From: Candidatus Hydrogenedentota bacterium
Lineage (GTDB): Bacteria > Hydrogenedentota > Hydrogenedentia > Hydrogenedentales > SLHB01
Direction of reading: 5' to 3'
NCBI GenBank assembly: GCA_963674865.2
Contig: CAXXYE010000004.1
Location: 576,001-640,000 of the forward strand
DNA length: 64,000 bases
The notes under the pieces are model-generated. The model saw only the letters and a list, made by a program, of their open reading frames with translations. It made no database searches and was not told the DNA's origin. Positions 50,176-59,500 of the stretch are shown piece by piece. How positions within the stretch are numbered: the stretch's first letter is position 1; every line of letters begins with the position of its first letter. Both the position numbers and the translations under genes were made by a program.

Positions 50176-51358
50176 GCGAGGCCGCTACGGGGAATTCGGC
50201 GGCAAATTTGTGCCGGAAACTCTCATGCCCGCCTTGGAAGAACTCGAACGCGCCTATCTGGATGCAAAGGATGACCCGTCCTTCCAACAGACGCTCAGCA
50301 CCTATCAAAAGGATTACATCGGCCGTCCCACGCCGCTATTCCTTGCGTCGCGGCTGACGGAGCACCTCGGCGGCGCCAAGGTCTATTTCAAGCGCGAGGA
50401 TTTGGCCCACACCGGCGCCCATAAGATTAACAACGCCCTCGGACAGGCCCTTCTCGCCAAGCGAATGGGCAAGCGCCGCATCATTGCTGAGACGGGCGCA
50501 GGCCAACATGGCGTCGCCACGGCCACGGCCGCCGCCCTGCTGGGACTCGAATGTGTGGTCTACATGGGCACCGAAGATATCGAGCGCCAGAAACTGAACG
50601 TGTTTCGCATGCGGCTGCTCGGCACCGAGGTTGCCCCGGTGGACTCAGGCAGCAAGATCCTCAAGGACGCCATCAACGAAGCGCTGCGCGACTGGGTGAC
50701 CAACGTCCGCGATACGCACTACGTGCTGGGCACCGTCCACGGCCCACATCCGTTCCCGATGATGTGCCGGGATTTCCAGAGCATCATCGGCCGCGAGGTA
50801 CGCGTGCAGATCATGGAACACGAAGGCCGGTTGCCGGATACGCTCATCGCCTGCGTCGGCGGCGGAAGCAACTCCATCGGCCTCTTCTTCGACTTCCTGC
50901 AGGATGAGCAGGTACGTATGATCGGCGTCGAGGCCGGGGGACGCGGCATCGAATCCGGGCAGCACGCGGCCCGGTTCGCAGGCGGAGTCTTCGGCATGCT
51001 GCACGGCGCCATGAGCTACGTGCTCCAGGATCCTCATGGGCAGATCCTCGGCACCCACAGCGTCTCCGCGGGATTGGATTACGCCAGCGTGGGGCCGGAG
51101 CACGCCTATCTGCGGAGTAGCGGTCGCGTCGAATACACCTACGCCACGGACCAGGAGGCCCTGGACGCCTTCCAGCTCGCAAGCAAGCTCGAAGGCATCA
51201 TCCCGGCCCTCGAAAGCGCCCATGCCGTAGCGCATGCCTGCAAGATCGTTCCCAAAATGCCACCGGACAAAGTGGTCATCGTCAACATGTCAGGACGCGG
51301 CGACAAAGACGTGCAACAAGCCGCGAAGTTCATCCTGCCTGAAGAGGACTTCTCGTGA
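50123..51358 (+). CDS. trpB: Tryptophan synthase beta subunit
   Basis: [42 protein letters not shown]. Confidence 0.97.
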   Translation: MTESEHSSGTPKHSFPDRRGRYGEFGGKFVPETLMPALEELERAYLDAKDDPSFQQTLSTYQKDYIGRPTPLFLASRLTEHLGGAKVYFKREDLAHTGAHKINNALGQALLAKRMGKRRIIAETGAGQHGVATATAAALLGLECVVYMGTEDIERQKLNVFRMRLLGTEVAPVDSGSKILKDAINEALRDWVTNVRDTHYVLGTVHGPHPFPMMCRDFQSIIGREVRVQIMEHEGRLPDTLIACVGGGSNSIGLFFDFLQDEQVRMIGVEAGGRGIESGQHAARFAGGVFGMLHGAMSYVLQDPHGQILGTHSVSAGLDYASVGPEHAYLRSSGRVEYTYATDQEALDAFQLASKLEGIIPALESAHAVAHACKIVPKMPPDKVVIVNMSGRGDKDVQQAAKFILPEEDFS

Positions 51359-52167
51359 ATCGGATAGACGCAACATTCAACGAATTGGCCAAGCGGAACG
51401 AGACGGCCTTCATCGCCTATATCACCGCGGGCGACCCGACCCTCGATGTGACGGGCGCGGTGGTGCTCGAGATGGAGAAAGCGGGCGTCGATATCATCGA
51501 ATTCGGCGTGCCCTTCTCGGACCCGGTTGCGGACGGCGTCGCCAACCAGGAGGCCGCGCAGCGCGCCTTGGCCCACGGCGTCACCCTCGAGGGGATCCTC
51601 GAACTCGTCGGCACGCTCCGCCAGTCCACCGAGATCCCCTTGGTGTTGTTCACGTATTTCAATCCGGTGCTCGCGTACGGCATCGAGAAGTTCGCGGCCG
51701 ACGCCGCCAAAGCGGGCATAGATGGCGTGCTCTGCGTTGACCTGCCGCCCGAGGAGGCGGGGGATTACAAGCGGCATCTGGATGCCCACGGCGTAGCCAC
51801 CGTGTTCCTTATCGCCCCCACGAGCACGCCCGAGCGGATCGCCCTCATCGCGAAGGCATCAACCGGCTTCGTCTACTACGTGTCCCGAACCGGCGTCACC
51901 GGCGTGCGCGACGACATCGAGCAATCCGTCAAAGGCATGGTGGCCGCCATCAAGGAACACACCACTATGCCCGTCGCCGTGGGATTCGGCATCTCGACGC
52001 CCGAACAGGCCGCCGAGGTCGGGGGCTATGCGGACGGCGTCATCGTCGGCAGCGCCATCGTGCGCCGGATCGGCAGACATGGCGATAGCCCCGACACAGC
52101 GCCCGCCGTAGGCACCTTTGTTCGCCCCCTCGTTGAAGCCACAAAACGCGCCAGGAGAAGCTCGTGA
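51355..52167 (+). CDS. trpA: Tryptophan synthase alpha subunit
   Basis: [35 protein letters not shown]. Confidence 0.97.
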   Translation: MNRIDATFNELAKRNETAFIAYITAGDPTLDVTGAVVLEMEKAGVDIIEFGVPFSDPVADGVANQEAAQRALAHGVTLEGILELVGTLRQSTEIPLVLFTYFNPVLAYGIEKFAADAAKAGIDGVLCVDLPPEEAGDYKRHLDAHGVATVFLIAPTSTPERIALIAKASTGFVYYVSRTGVTGVRDDIEQSVKGMVAAIKEHTTMPVAVGFGISTPEQAAEVGGYADGVIVGSAIVRRIGRHGDSPDTAPAVGTFVRPLVEATKRARRSS

Positions 52168-52583
52168 ACGACCCCAATCGCCTTGAAGAAGGCGCCGAAC
52201 TGACGCTCGATTTTCACAAGCTGGCCAAAGTCGCTGCGGCATGCCCGGATGTGCTCCCGGTAGCCGTGCAGCACGCCGACACACGCGAGGTCATCCTCGT
52301 AGCCTACGCCAACGCAGCCGCCCTCCAGCGCGCTATCGAGACCCGGCGCGCCGTGTTCTGGAGCACATCCAGAAACGAACTATGGGAAAAGGGGAAAACA
52401 TCGGGAGAGGAGTTCGAGCTGCTCGAGATCCGCGTCAATTGCGAGCAAAACTCGCTCCTGTACATCGTCCGGCCCCTCCGAGGAGGCATCTGCCACACCC
52501 ATAATTGCGAGGAAAATGCCCGCAACTGCTTCTACAGACGCCTTGATTTTGAGACAGGCGCCCTGGAAAACCTTGACCCGTGA
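52164..52583 (+). CDS. hisI: Phosphoribosyl-AMP cyclohydrolase (variant)
   Basis: FWSTSRNELWEKGKTSG, NCEQNSL, ICHT..NCFYR. Confidence 0.85.
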   Translation: MNDPNRLEEGAELTLDFHKLAKVAAACPDVLPVAVQHADTREVILVAYANAAALQRAIETRRAVFWSTSRNELWEKGKTSGEEFELLEIRVNCEQNSLLYIVRPLRGGICHTHNCEENARNCFYRRLDFETGALENLDP

Positions 52584-52656
52584 CGACCGATTTGAGGTAG
52601 GATAGGTCGATCCCTGAGGTCGCCCGAATAAGCGGGCGCGCAAACCGGTGCTAATT

Positions 52657-53664
52657 ATGGAACCCTTGGTAATCATCTTCTCCGTTGTCTCCTTTGTCGT
52701 AGGCTCGGTAGTCGGCAGTTTCCTGAACGTGTGCGTGTACCGCGTCCCACGCCACGAGTCGGTGGTCAAACCGCGCTCGCGCTGCCCATCCTGCGGAAAC
52801 CTCATCGCTTGGTACGACAACATTCCCCTCATCAGTTGGCTGGTGCTGGGCGCCAAGTGCCGTAATTGCGGGACAACCATCAGCTGGCTGTATCCTCTTG
52901 TCGAGGCGCTCACAGGCGCGCTTTTCCTGCTCGTCTTCTGGCGCTTCGGCTTTGTCCTCGCCACACCCGTGTATATGGCCCTCACGGCGGGGCTGGTTCT
53001 GGTAACATTCGTGGACCTCACCGACTGGACCATCCCCGACCAGGTCACACTTCCCGGCATTCCCATCGCCGTGCTCCTCGCCGTTGTAGCCACCTGGTAT
53101 CCGGCCAGCGGCCTGCGCGTTCTCGGGCCGACCATGCCTGTGTTCGACGCCATCATTGGCATTGAACTCGGCGGCCTTCTCTTCCTGCTCGACAAACTCG
53201 CCCGGGCCCTCGTCAAGAAACGGGGCATGGGCATGGGCGATGTGAAACTCCTCGCGCTCTTGGGAGGCTTCTTTGGATGGCCCGGCGTGATCCTGACGCT
53301 TCTAATCGCCTCCGTCATCGGCAGCGTGGTGGGGGTCGTCGCCGTGCTGCTCGCCCAGAAGGCTAAGAAGGAAGAGGCCGGCCAGGAAGAAGACGAGGCC
53401 GTGCCCGTGGGAAGCTTCCTTGAGTTCGGACTGCCCGGAACCATCCTCATCGGGAGCATCGTCGGCGCGTTTAGCCTTCTTCGAGAACGCCATGCGCCGG
53501 TCGAAGAACCGGAACCTGATGAGGAGCAGGAGTTTACTCTGCAAGCGCACTACCTGCCTTTCGGCCCCTACCTGTGCCTTGCGGGCCTCATCGTGATGTT
53601 TTTCGGAAACGAGATCCTGAACGCTTGGGTGAACTACCTGACTTCGCCCCTCCCGCCTCAGTAA
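52657..53664 (+). CDS. pilD: Prepilin peptidase / N-methyltransferase
   Basis: GSFLNVCVYRVP, SRCPSC, CRNC, GMGDVKL, LPFGPYL. Confidence 0.93.
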   Translation: MEPLVIIFSVVSFVVGSVVGSFLNVCVYRVPRHESVVKPRSRCPSCGNLIAWYDNIPLISWLVLGAKCRNCGTTISWLYPLVEALTGALFLLVFWRFGFVLATPVYMALTAGLVLVTFVDLTDWTIPDQVTLPGIPIAVLLAVVATWYPASGLRVLGPTMPVFDAIIGIELGGLLFLLDKLARALVKKRGMGMGDVKLLALLGGFFGWPGVILTLLIASVIGSVVGVVAVLLAQKAKKEEAGQEEDEAVPVGSFLEFGLPGTILIGSIVGAFSLLRERHAPVEEPEPDEEQEFTLQAHYLPFGPYLCLAGLIVMFFGNEILNAWVNYLTSPLPPQ

Positions 53665-53695
53665 GGACGGCGAAGTCTGTAGCGAGGTGAACGGA

Positions 53696-54805
53696 ATGGG
53701 CGCAGACATTTGGCCTTTGTTGCGCTTTGATGAGGGCTACTTCGAGCGGATCTGGGGGGGGCAGAAACTGCGCTCCCATCTGGGCAAGCCCATCCCCCCG
53801 TCGAAGCCAATTGGCGAGGCGTGGCTCATCGCGGATCACCCGACATTCGTCAGCCGGGTCGCCAACGGCCCGCTCAGGGACACGACCCTCCGCCAACTCA
53901 TGGAGCAAGACGCCGTCGCGCTCCTTGGCCGGCGGGCCCAACCGACCATCCATGGCCGTTTTCCCCTCCTGCTGAAGATCCTCGACGCCAACGACGTCCT
54001 CTCGGTGCAGGCCCATCCGGACGACGCCTGCGCCAAGCAACTGGGCGAGCCGGACGTCGGCAAGACCGAAATGTGGCATGTGCTCCAGGCCGAGCCGGGC
54101 AGTGAACTCATTTGCGGCCTCGACACCGGCGTCACGCGACAAACCTTCGCGGTAGCCGTCCAAGACGGCTCCCTTGAGCAACTCATGATCCGATTCACCG
54201 TCGATGAAGGCGATTCTGTGTTCGTGCCGGCGGGCACCGTCCACGCCATCGGCGCGGGGAATCTGCTCGCCGAAATCCAGCAGAACAGCGATCTTACATA
54301 CCGCCTGTATGACTGGGGACGTGTCCAGGCCGACGGCACGCCGCGGCAATTGCACATTGAGAAAGCCCTCGAAGCCATCCACTTCGGCTCGCCCCACGCG
54401 GGCCTCGTCGAAGCGCTCGGATACCGCCGAGAGGGAGCGAAATGCACCGTATTGGCCGCGTGCCGCCATTTCGCCACCGAACTGATCGAGGTGGAGGGGG
54501 GCTTTCGGCGGGAAACCAAATCCGCCTCCTTTCACATCCTTCTCGGCAAGTCCGATGGGCTCGTTTGCAGAGGCACGGGCGGTTCCGAGCGCCTTGGAAG
54601 AGGCCAGGCCCTCTTGGTGCCCGGTTCATGGGACACCTACACCGTGGAGGGCCAAGGCGCGTTCCTCGACTATTACGTTCCCGACCTCCAACAGGACATC
54701 GTCGCCCCGCTCCTTGCGAACGGGCACTCCATGGACCTCATTGTCCGCCTCGGCGGTGCGCCCGCGGAAAGCGACCTGCGTCAATTCCCCTCAGCAGCGC
54801 AATAA
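53696..54805 (+). CDS. manA: Type I phosphomannose isomerase
   Basis: IWGG, GEAW, FPLLLKILDA, LSVQAHP, KTEMW, GTVHAI, EIQQNSD.TYRLYD. Confidence 0.9.
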   Translation: MGADIWPLLRFDEGYFERIWGGQKLRSHLGKPIPPSKPIGEAWLIADHPTFVSRVANGPLRDTTLRQLMEQDAVALLGRRAQPTIHGRFPLLLKILDANDVLSVQAHPDDACAKQLGEPDVGKTEMWHVLQAEPGSELICGLDTGVTRQTFAVAVQDGSLEQLMIRFTVDEGDSVFVPAGTVHAIGAGNLLAEIQQNSDLTYRLYDWGRVQADGTPRQLHIEKALEAIHFGSPHAGLVEALGYRREGAKCTVLAACRHFATELIEVEGGFRRETKSASFHILLGKSDGLVCRGTGGSERLGRGQALLVPGSWDTYTVEGQGAFLDYYVPDLQQDIVAPLLANGHSMDLIVRLGGAPAESDLRQFPSAAQ

Positions 54806-54915
54806 GGTCAATGTTTGGCGGATACGTTCCGCAATGGAACGTATCGTGGGCGAGCACACCAAGTAAGCCACCTTATGCCAGACATTTGAATGAGTCCGTA
54901 ACGTGGGCTTAGCGT

Positions 54916-54935
54916 TTTTTGGGGAAGGGCTTGAG
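54916..54935 (+). promoter_or_regulatory. ECF sigma RBS region; predicted pairing site for the downstream tandem RNAs
   Basis: tttttggggaagggcttgag is complementary to the ctcaagtc(actc)cttccccaagag core of the elements at 56851 and 57105. Confidence 0.55.
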
Positions 54936-54941
54936 CAAGGC

Positions 54942-55544
54942 ATGCAGTTCGAAGACGCACAGCTCGTTGCGCGCTGCCTTCAGGGCGATACCGACGCATA
55001 CGGAGCCCTTGTAACGCGTTACGAGAGGGCAGTGTACGCCACGGCATTCTATTATGTCGGGCGCCACGGCGCCGCCGAGGACATCGCTCAGGAGTCGTTC
55101 TTCGCCGCCTACCGCAATTTGCCCACGTTAAAGGACCCCAACTGCTTCGGACGGTGGCTGAAACAAGTCACGTGCAGAACCGCGGCCAATTGGCTTAGAC
55201 GCCATGAAAAGCGGCTTAAGCATGAGACGCCATTGCCGAGCAGACGGACCGTTTCCATTGAGGACGCGCGACAAGGCCCCGACCACGGGCTCGAGCGTCA
55301 GGAACGGTTTGAACGGGTCCAAAAGGCAATCGATTCGCTGCCCGAGCAGTATCGACTGCCTGTAGTTCTAAGGTACCTGCAGGAGTTGAGCTACGATGAA
55401 ATCGCAGTGTTCATCGGGGCTTCGCGAGACGAAGTCAGAGGCACACTCCAGCGTGCGGCCCGTCAGTTGCGGGAAGTGCTTGCAGACCTTAGCGTAGTGA
55501 ACGCCGAAGAGGGAGATGCGAATTGGCATCCTGCGTCCAAGTAG
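54942..55544 (+). CDS. ECF-family RNA polymerase sigma factor
   Basis: Region 2 (AEDIAQESF, FGRWL) and region 4 (LPEQYR..LRYLQELSYDEIA). Confidence 0.93.
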   Translation: MQFEDAQLVARCLQGDTDAYGALVTRYERAVYATAFYYVGRHGAAEDIAQESFFAAYRNLPTLKDPNCFGRWLKQVTCRTAANWLRRHEKRLKHETPLPSRRTVSIEDARQGPDHGLERQERFERVQKAIDSLPEQYRLPVVLRYLQELSYDEIAVFIGASRDEVRGTLQRAARQLREVLADLSVVNAEEGDANWHPASK

Positions 55545-56815
55545 AGCGCCTGTTGCAGGCATACATCGACGACGAACTGAGCCAGTCCGAGCGTGTGATT
55601 CTGGCTCAGCATCTGTCGGAATGTCGTGCCTGCGTTGAGACACTCCGCAAACATCAGCGGATGTCAGCCACCCTCTTTGAAGCTTTTGCCGACCACCGCC
55701 TTGATCGCGGCATATCCGACGCCGTGCTCGATAATCTCCCCGAGATGGCCCATCCAGTTGTCATCGAAGACATGCACGGGCTCAACTGGCGCGCCAAACA
55801 CCCTCTGTATCGCTGGCGAACCGCCGCGCGGTTGGTTCCCCTCGCGGTAGGAATGTTCCTCGTCCTGGCCACTACCTTTCTCGCGTACAAGTGGCCGGAC
55901 CCGCTTCCGGGCGCTAACGCCATAGGCGTTGTCACCTACAGGGCCGGTTCAGCCACCTGCATTGAGGACGAGAGCACGGACCGGACCCCGGCCGAGGTGC
56001 GGGCTTTTGTCCAGCGTGGGCAGTACTACGAAACCGGCGAAGACAGCACGTTGATGCTCACCTTGGCAGGGCCGACGCAAGTCATGCTCAACGCCAACTC
56101 CCGAATCGGAATCTATAGTGACCGTCGGGTCAGTATTGAGAAGGGCCAAATCTGGATGGACATCGGGCGTGACGGGCGCCTGTTCAAGGCCAGCACGCCG
56201 GTGGGTGAGATCGTTGTCTTCGGCACGGCCTTCAGCGTCGAAGTCGATCCGCAGGTGGCGACCGTGACGCTGGCGAGGGGCGACATCCAGGTGCAGACGG
56301 CCCCGGATGATGCATTCCGCCAGCTCAAGCCCGGCCAGCAAGTCGACATGCGACTTGGCGAAGAACCTTCAATCCCCCGAGAAGTCGATGTGGAGCAAGT
56401 CAAGGGATGGACCTCGCACATCGTCGCCGACAGGGCGGCGGTGACGCGATTCCAACGCGTTATACAGGATCGCCGCAAGACATCCGAGGTCTCGGGGCAG
56501 ATGGTTTATGTGGTGCCGGAGTGGGGCACCTTGTCCGTGCCCGTGAAAGCCATTCGGCTGTGCTGGCGGCCGGGCTCCTTCGGCCCAGGGCGGTGCGCGT
56601 ACGATGTGTACGTATATGATGAGTTGAACGATCCTTTGTTCAAAACGCATGTAAATCCGATCACCTTCGCCGAAGCCGAGGACAACATGTGCGAGATTGC
56701 CGTACCGAACGGGCCTATTAGCGGCGTCAAGCTTCTGCACATCCGGTTGGTGCCTGACTACCGCGTTGGCGATATTGAGATGGAATTCACCGACGTCATC
56801 GCCGTCGGTTTGTAA
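55523..56815 (+). CDS. Zinc-binding anti-sigma factor (zf-HC2) with TM helix and FecR domain
   Basis: HLSECRAC (HxxxCxxC), one TM helix, FecR-like LNANS..GQIW..TPVG.I.VFGTAF. Confidence 0.88.
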   Translation: MASCVQVERLLQAYIDDELSQSERVILAQHLSECRACVETLRKHQRMSATLFEAFADHRLDRGISDAVLDNLPEMAHPVVIEDMHGLNWRAKHPLYRWRTAARLVPLAVGMFLVLATTFLAYKWPDPLPGANAIGVVTYRAGSATCIEDESTDRTPAEVRAFVQRGQYYETGEDSTLMLTLAGPTQVMLNANSRIGIYSDRRVSIEKGQIWMDIGRDGRLFKASTPVGEIVVFGTAFSVEVDPQVATVTLARGDIQVQTAPDDAFRQLKPGQQVDMRLGEEPSIPREVDVEQVKGWTSHIVADRAAVTRFQRVIQDRRKTSEVSGQMVYVVPEWGTLSVPVKAIRLCWRPGSFGPGRCAYDVYVYDELNDPLFKTHVNPITFAEAEDNMCEIAVPNGPISGVKLLHIRLVPDYRVGDIEMEFTDVIAVGL

Positions 56816-56850
56816 CCAAAGTTCGATCTGACATTTGAAGATGCTGAGTT

Positions 56851-56969
56851 GGATGCTGCGGAGAAACGGGCTCTCGGAGCTACAAGCTAAACTCTACCTC
56901 AAGTCACTCCTTCCCCAAGAGTAACTGCAGCCAGGAAAAAGACCGCGAGCCCGTTTCTCCGTAGCATCC
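56851..56969 (+). ncRNA. Candidate structured small RNA, copy 1
   Basis: 27-bp closing stem (56851-56877 / 56943-56969) enclosing the 43-nt core 56893-56935; strand inferred. Confidence 0.65.
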
Positions 56970-57104
56970 CGACCGAAGAGATACCTGAGTCGGCGCACTG
57001 TCGACGGACGAGGCGCCCAGAGACGCTTCGCCCCGGCAAGGTGTGGCGACATCACGAAACCTTTGAGCAATCTCGGAGGATTAGTCTAGAAAAAGCACAA
57101 CTTC

Positions 57105-57212
57105 AGAGAAACGGGTTCGCGGCACTACGAGCAAAGTTCTACCTCAAGTCACTCCTTCCCCAAGAGTAACTGCAGCCAGGGAAAAAAACCGCGAACCCGT
57201 TTCTCTCTTTTT
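57105..57212 (+). ncRNA. Candidate structured small RNA, copy 2, followed by a U-tract
   Basis: Perfect 18-bp stem (57105-57122 / 57189-57206) with a compensatory C:G to T:A change relative to copy 1; identical core 57138-57180; followed by ctttttgtt. Confidence 0.65.
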
Positions 57213-57478
57213 GTTGTATTGCCCCGCACGCAAGCCGCCCCGACGTCACCTCTCTTACCTCGCCCCCAAGGGGCTCCAGGTCCCGCACATTCTCACGCCG
57301 CGCCTTCTTGCACCTAATTATAGCCGGGCCGCCGACAATCGCTGCATGCTATTCGGGCCGAGCCTCGTTTTGCTATACTGCCTCTCGGTAAAACCACACC
57401 TTTTCCAGGAACGCCGTATGCCAGAGCGTCCCAGAAGAAGGCGCCGGTTCGTCACAACGCGAGAGGAGTTTCTTGATC

Positions 57479-58471
57479 ATGGAATTCAGACAACTTGGCT
57501 CGAGCGACGTCCAAGTGCCCGTCGTCTCGTTCGGCGCATGGGCCATTGGCGGATGGATGTGGGGGGGCACCGACGACGCAGCGGCAGTGCGAGCCATTCA
57601 GCAGGCAATCGATGCGGGGATCACCTGCATCGACACGGCCGCCATCTACGGCATGGGACACAGCGAGCGAATTGTCGGCCAAGCCATTGCGGGCCGGCGC
57701 GAAAAGGTCATCATCGCCACGAAGTGCGGCCTCCGCTGGGACCTGGACATCGACAAAGACGGCTGGCATACCGAAAAGCCCGACGGCACGCCCGTTAAAG
57801 TCATTCGCTACCTCAAGGCCGACTCCATTCGTTACGAGGTCGAGCAGAGCCTCAAGCGGCTCAACATTGACGAGATCGACCTCTACCAGTGCCACTGGCC
57901 TGATCCCGAGACGCCCATCCAGGAAACGATGGAGGCCCTCGCCGATTTGCAGCGCCAAGGCAAGATACGCGCCATCGGCGTGAGCAACTTCACCGTCGAT
58001 ATGATCAGAGAATGCCTCCAGCACACAACCATCGCCAGCGATCAGCCGCTGTACAATCCGCTCGAACGCGATATCGAAGATGGCGTCCTCCCTTTCTGCG
58101 TGGAAAACAACGTCGGTATACTAGCCTACAGCCCAATCGCCCAAGGACTCATGACGGGAAAGGTCACGATGGATCGCGAGTTCCCGGAAGGCGATCACCG
58201 TGCCCAGAAACCTTGGTTCAAACCTGCCAATCGCAAGCGTGTCCTCGACATGCTTGAGAAGGTACGGCCCATCGCCCAGGATCATGGCGCAACACTCGCC
58301 CAACTCACCATCAACTGGATCATTTCTCAAGAGGGGATTACCTCGGCACTGGTAGGTGCGCGGACTCCTGAACAGGCCGTAGAGAACGCCAAGGCCGCCG
58401 AGTTCAAGCTAAGCGAAACCGAACTCGCCACGATTCGCGGCCATATTGAGGCCCTAGGCACTCCCGAGTGA
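57479..58471 (+). CDS. Aldo/keto reductase
   Basis: FGAWAIGG, DTAAIYG, IATKCG, IDLYQCHWPD, IGVSNF, AYSPIAQG. Confidence 0.93.
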   Translation: MEFRQLGSSDVQVPVVSFGAWAIGGWMWGGTDDAAAVRAIQQAIDAGITCIDTAAIYGMGHSERIVGQAIAGRREKVIIATKCGLRWDLDIDKDGWHTEKPDGTPVKVIRYLKADSIRYEVEQSLKRLNIDEIDLYQCHWPDPETPIQETMEALADLQRQGKIRAIGVSNFTVDMIRECLQHTTIASDQPLYNPLERDIEDGVLPFCVENNVGILAYSPIAQGLMTGKVTMDREFPEGDHRAQKPWFKPANRKRVLDMLEKVRPIAQDHGATLAQLTINWIISQEGITSALVGARTPEQAVENAKAAEFKLSETELATIRGHIEALGTPE

Positions 58472-58492
58472 GAGAATGAGGTGACACTCTTC

Positions 58493-59446
58493 ATGATGAT
58501 GAGAGCCGCAGTCAGATATCTGGCCTGTTGTGCGATCGCATCGTCCGCCGCCGCATTCACGCTGCAAGATGACGGCCGGGCGCTCACCATTCTTGATGAC
58601 GGCCAGCCGGTGCTTGTCTATCGCTATGTCATCGTCAATGGCCCTGAAGCCGCCCGCGAGAAGCTGGGCGCCCAGTGGGGGCTCGCGTGTTTCGCGGATC
58701 CCGTCTACGGCCTCGACGGCGATCGGCTGACAGAGGCGTTTCCTGAAGATCACTACCACCACCGAGGGGTCTTCTGGGCGTGGCCGAATAGCTCCCTCGG
58801 TGAGCGTCCCATGAACGTTTGGCTGTCGGACAACATCCGCCAACACCATGAGAAATGGCTCCAAGAACAGGCGGATGACAAACAAGCGTCCATCGGCGCG
58901 CAAAACGTATGGGTCTTCGACGATGACGCCGGCAAAGCCGCGCAGGTCCGGGAGCAGGTGTGGTTCACAGTCCATCCGGCCAGAGGCGACGGGCGCGCCA
59001 TTGACTTCCGCCTCATATTCGAGAACGTCGGCGGACAGGCCATCACCATTCTCGGCGCGGATGAGCCAAAAGGATACGGCGGATTCTGTTTTCGGGCTAA
59101 TAGCGCCCGAAAGCCCCTCACCTTCACCTCGGCCCGCGGTGTTCTTGATGAGGACGCCTTCGTGGAAGAAAGCCCGTGGGTGGATGTTTCATCGAAAGAT
59201 GTCGGTTCGGAGCGTGTATCCGGCGCCGCGATCTTCCAACATCCCAAGAATCCCGGCTTTCCCCATGACGGATGGCTGATACGAGGCTACGGATTCCTGG
59301 GCGCCTCATGGCCCCATCTCAATCCGTACGTGCTCGAATCCGGCAGCCCTCTCGAACTAAGATACCGCCTCTTCATTCACCGCGGATCGGCCGGTGAGGC
59401 GAACGTGGCAGAGGCATTTGCGGAATACATTAGAGAGAACATTTAG
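58493..59446 (+). CDS. Secreted PmoA-like / DUF6807-type protein
   Basis: Signal peptide; DHYHHRGVFWAW, KGYGGF, HPKNP, RGYG motifs. Confidence 0.65.
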   Translation: MMMRAAVRYLACCAIASSAAAFTLQDDGRALTILDDGQPVLVYRYVIVNGPEAAREKLGAQWGLACFADPVYGLDGDRLTEAFPEDHYHHRGVFWAWPNSSLGERPMNVWLSDNIRQHHEKWLQEQADDKQASIGAQNVWVFDDDAGKAAQVREQVWFTVHPARGDGRAIDFRLIFENVGGQAITILGADEPKGYGGFCFRANSARKPLTFTSARGVLDEDAFVEESPWVDVSSKDVGSERVSGAAIFQHPKNPGFPHDGWLIRGYGFLGASWPHLNPYVLESGSPLELRYRLFIHRGSAGEANVAEAFAEYIRENI

Positions 59447-59500
59447 CAGTCCTAAGCCGCTCACCGGGGCGGCGGCGGTAGTCTGACGGACGCGGAGGAG

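Noticed and set aside
56851..57212. CRISPR mini-array or simple terminator pair
   Set aside because: Only two 43-nt repeats about 200 nt apart, no cas genes, and the ~65-nt loops are far too large and conserved for ordinary terminators.
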